A stretch of 64,000 nt of DNA from Mobula hypostoma (lineage: Eukaryota). The stretch covers positions 30,878,001 to 30,942,000 of the forward strand of contig NC_086108.1 of assembly GCF_963921235.1 (NCBI RefSeq), given 5' to 3'. How positions within the stretch are numbered: the first letter of the stretch is position 1; each line of letters begins with the position of its first letter. This document shows positions 62,340 to 64,000 of this stretch, piece by piece. A program made the translations under genes and the position numbers. The notes beneath the pieces were generated by a model that worked only from the letters and a program-made list of their open reading frames with translations, was not told where the DNA came from and made no database searches.

Positions 62340-64000
62340 TTGTATACAGTAGTCAGGATATGGGCTACAAATTACAACTGGAGATAGAAAATGCATGTCA
62401 AAAGGGTAATGTTACAATAGTTATGGAGGATTTCAATATGAAGGTCGATTGCGAAAACCAAATTGATCCTGATTTTGGATCCTGAGGGAGAATTTGTAGA
62501 ATACCCATTGGCTTTTTGGAGCAGATTGTGGCTAAGCCCACTAGGGGATCAATTATTCTCAAATGGGTTATTCTTTTTTCAGATACAGTATATAAAGAGT
62601 GAAAGGGAAGTGAGAGAAGATATCGGAAAATGGTGGTGGAGAGGTAGTAATGGTAGACAAACTGAATAAGTATTTTGCATCAGTCTTCACTGTGGAACAT
62701 ACTAGCAGTATGCCAGAATTTCGACAGTATCAGGGGGCAGAAACGAGCGCAGTTGCTTTTACTCAGGAGAAGGTGTATGGGAAAATGAAAGATCTGAAGG
62801 TAGATAAGTCGTCTGGACCAATCATATAGACCCCAGGGTTCTGAAAAAATTAGCTGAAGAGATTGTGGAGGCATTAGTAATGGTCTTACAAGAATCACTA
62901 GATTCTGGAATGGTTCTGGAGGACGGGAGAATTGCAAATGTCTCTCCACTGTTCATGAAGGGAGGGAGGCAGAAGGAAGAACATTATAGGCCAGTTATCC
63001 CAACCTCAGTGGCTGGGGACATTTTGGAGTTGATTGTTAAGGATGAGGTTTCAGAGTACTTGGAGGAATATTGTAAAACAGGCCTAAGTCAGTATAGTTT
63101 GCTTTAAGAAAAACCCTGTCTGGCAAACCTGTTTGAATTCTTTAAGGAAATAACAAGCAGGATAGACTAAGGAAAATTGGTAGATGATGTGTACCTGAAT
63201 TTTCAGAAGGCTTTTGACAAGGTACTGCTCATGAGGCTGCTTAGCAAAATAACAACCCATGATATTACAGGAAAGATACTAGCATGGATAGAGCATTGAT
63301 TGATCAGCAGGAGGCAAAGAATGGAATAAAGGGAGTCTTTACTGACTGGCTGGTGGTGACTCGTGGTGTTCCATAGGGGGTCTGTGCTGAGGCTGCTTCT
63401 TTTTATGTTTGTATGTCAATGATTTGGATGGCTGAATTGTAGCTTCGTGGCCAAGTTTGTGAACAATATGAAGATAGGTGGAGAGGCAGGTAGTGTTGAG
63501 GAAAGAGGAAGCTGCAGAAGAACCTCAACTGATTAGGAGACTGGGCAAGAAAAGTAGTAGATGGAACACAGTTTTGGGAAGTGTATGATCATGTACTTTG
63601 GTAGAAGGAATGAAAGCATACACTATATTTTTTTAAATGGGGAGAAAAGTCCAAAACCTGAGGTTCAAAGGGACTTGGGAATCTTCATGCAAGGTTACCT
63701 TGCAGGTTGAGTCAGTTTTGAGGAAGGCAAATGCAATGTTATCATTCAATTCAAGAGGACTAGAACATAAAAACGAGGATGAAATGCTGAGGCTTTATAA
63801 AGGATTTGTTAGGCGTTACTTGGAGTATTGTGAACAGTTTTTGGCCCCTTTCTCTGAGAAAGGATGTATTGACATTGGAGAGCATTTAAAGGGGGTTCAC
63901 AAAAATGATTTTGGAAATGAAAGGTTTATCATATGAGGATTGTTTAATGGCTCTGGGCCTATACTTGCTGGAATTTAAAAGAATGAGGGGGATCTCATTG
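62340..64000 (+). mobile_element. CR1 LINE APE-RT fragment (decayed, runs off window end)
   Basis: YKLQLEIENACQKGNVTIVMEDFN (APE); ANVSPLFMKGGRQK..YRPVIPTS; FQKAFDKV; RLYKGFVRRYLEYCEQF. Confidence 0.9.

Noticed and set aside
1..64000. CRISPR array, rRNA, prokaryotic operon or defence system
   Set aside because: I saw no regularly spaced repeats, no rRNA similarity and no gene-dense architecture. The sequence is vertebrate repeat-rich DNA.

Overview
Eukaryotic, repeat-dominated (intergenic or deep-intronic) DNA. The repeat mix of CR1 and Rex1/Babar LINEs, V-SINE/HE1-like tRNA SINEs and Penelope-like elements points to a cartilaginous fish, probably a ray; this is inferred from the repeats, not proven. 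I recognised no intact host protein-coding gene, rRNA, true tRNA or CRISPR array. The recognisable ORF-track entries are decayed retroelement fragments and the rest look like chance ORFs. Main content: many CR1 and Rex1 fragments; a decayed Gypsy LTR retrotransposon (about 51.6-57.6 kb, minus; PNMA-like gag, PR, RT, RNase H, IN, PPT, 3' LTR); a 225-bp solo LTR with a 5-bp TSD; a restriction-like-endonuclease (HERO/NeSL-type) non-LTR fragment; L1-type and L2 3' fragments; a Tc1 end; and many Penelope-like (GIY-YIG) pieces. The most interesting signal is a set of short Penelope-derived inserts carrying a minimal type I hammerhead ribozyme motif. Several begin or fold back at the ribozyme. One is a young 204-bp insert (33624-33827) with a perfect 72-bp hairpin, an intact hammerhead core and a 12-16 bp TSD. 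Element boundaries were read by eye and are approximate unless a TSD is quoted.
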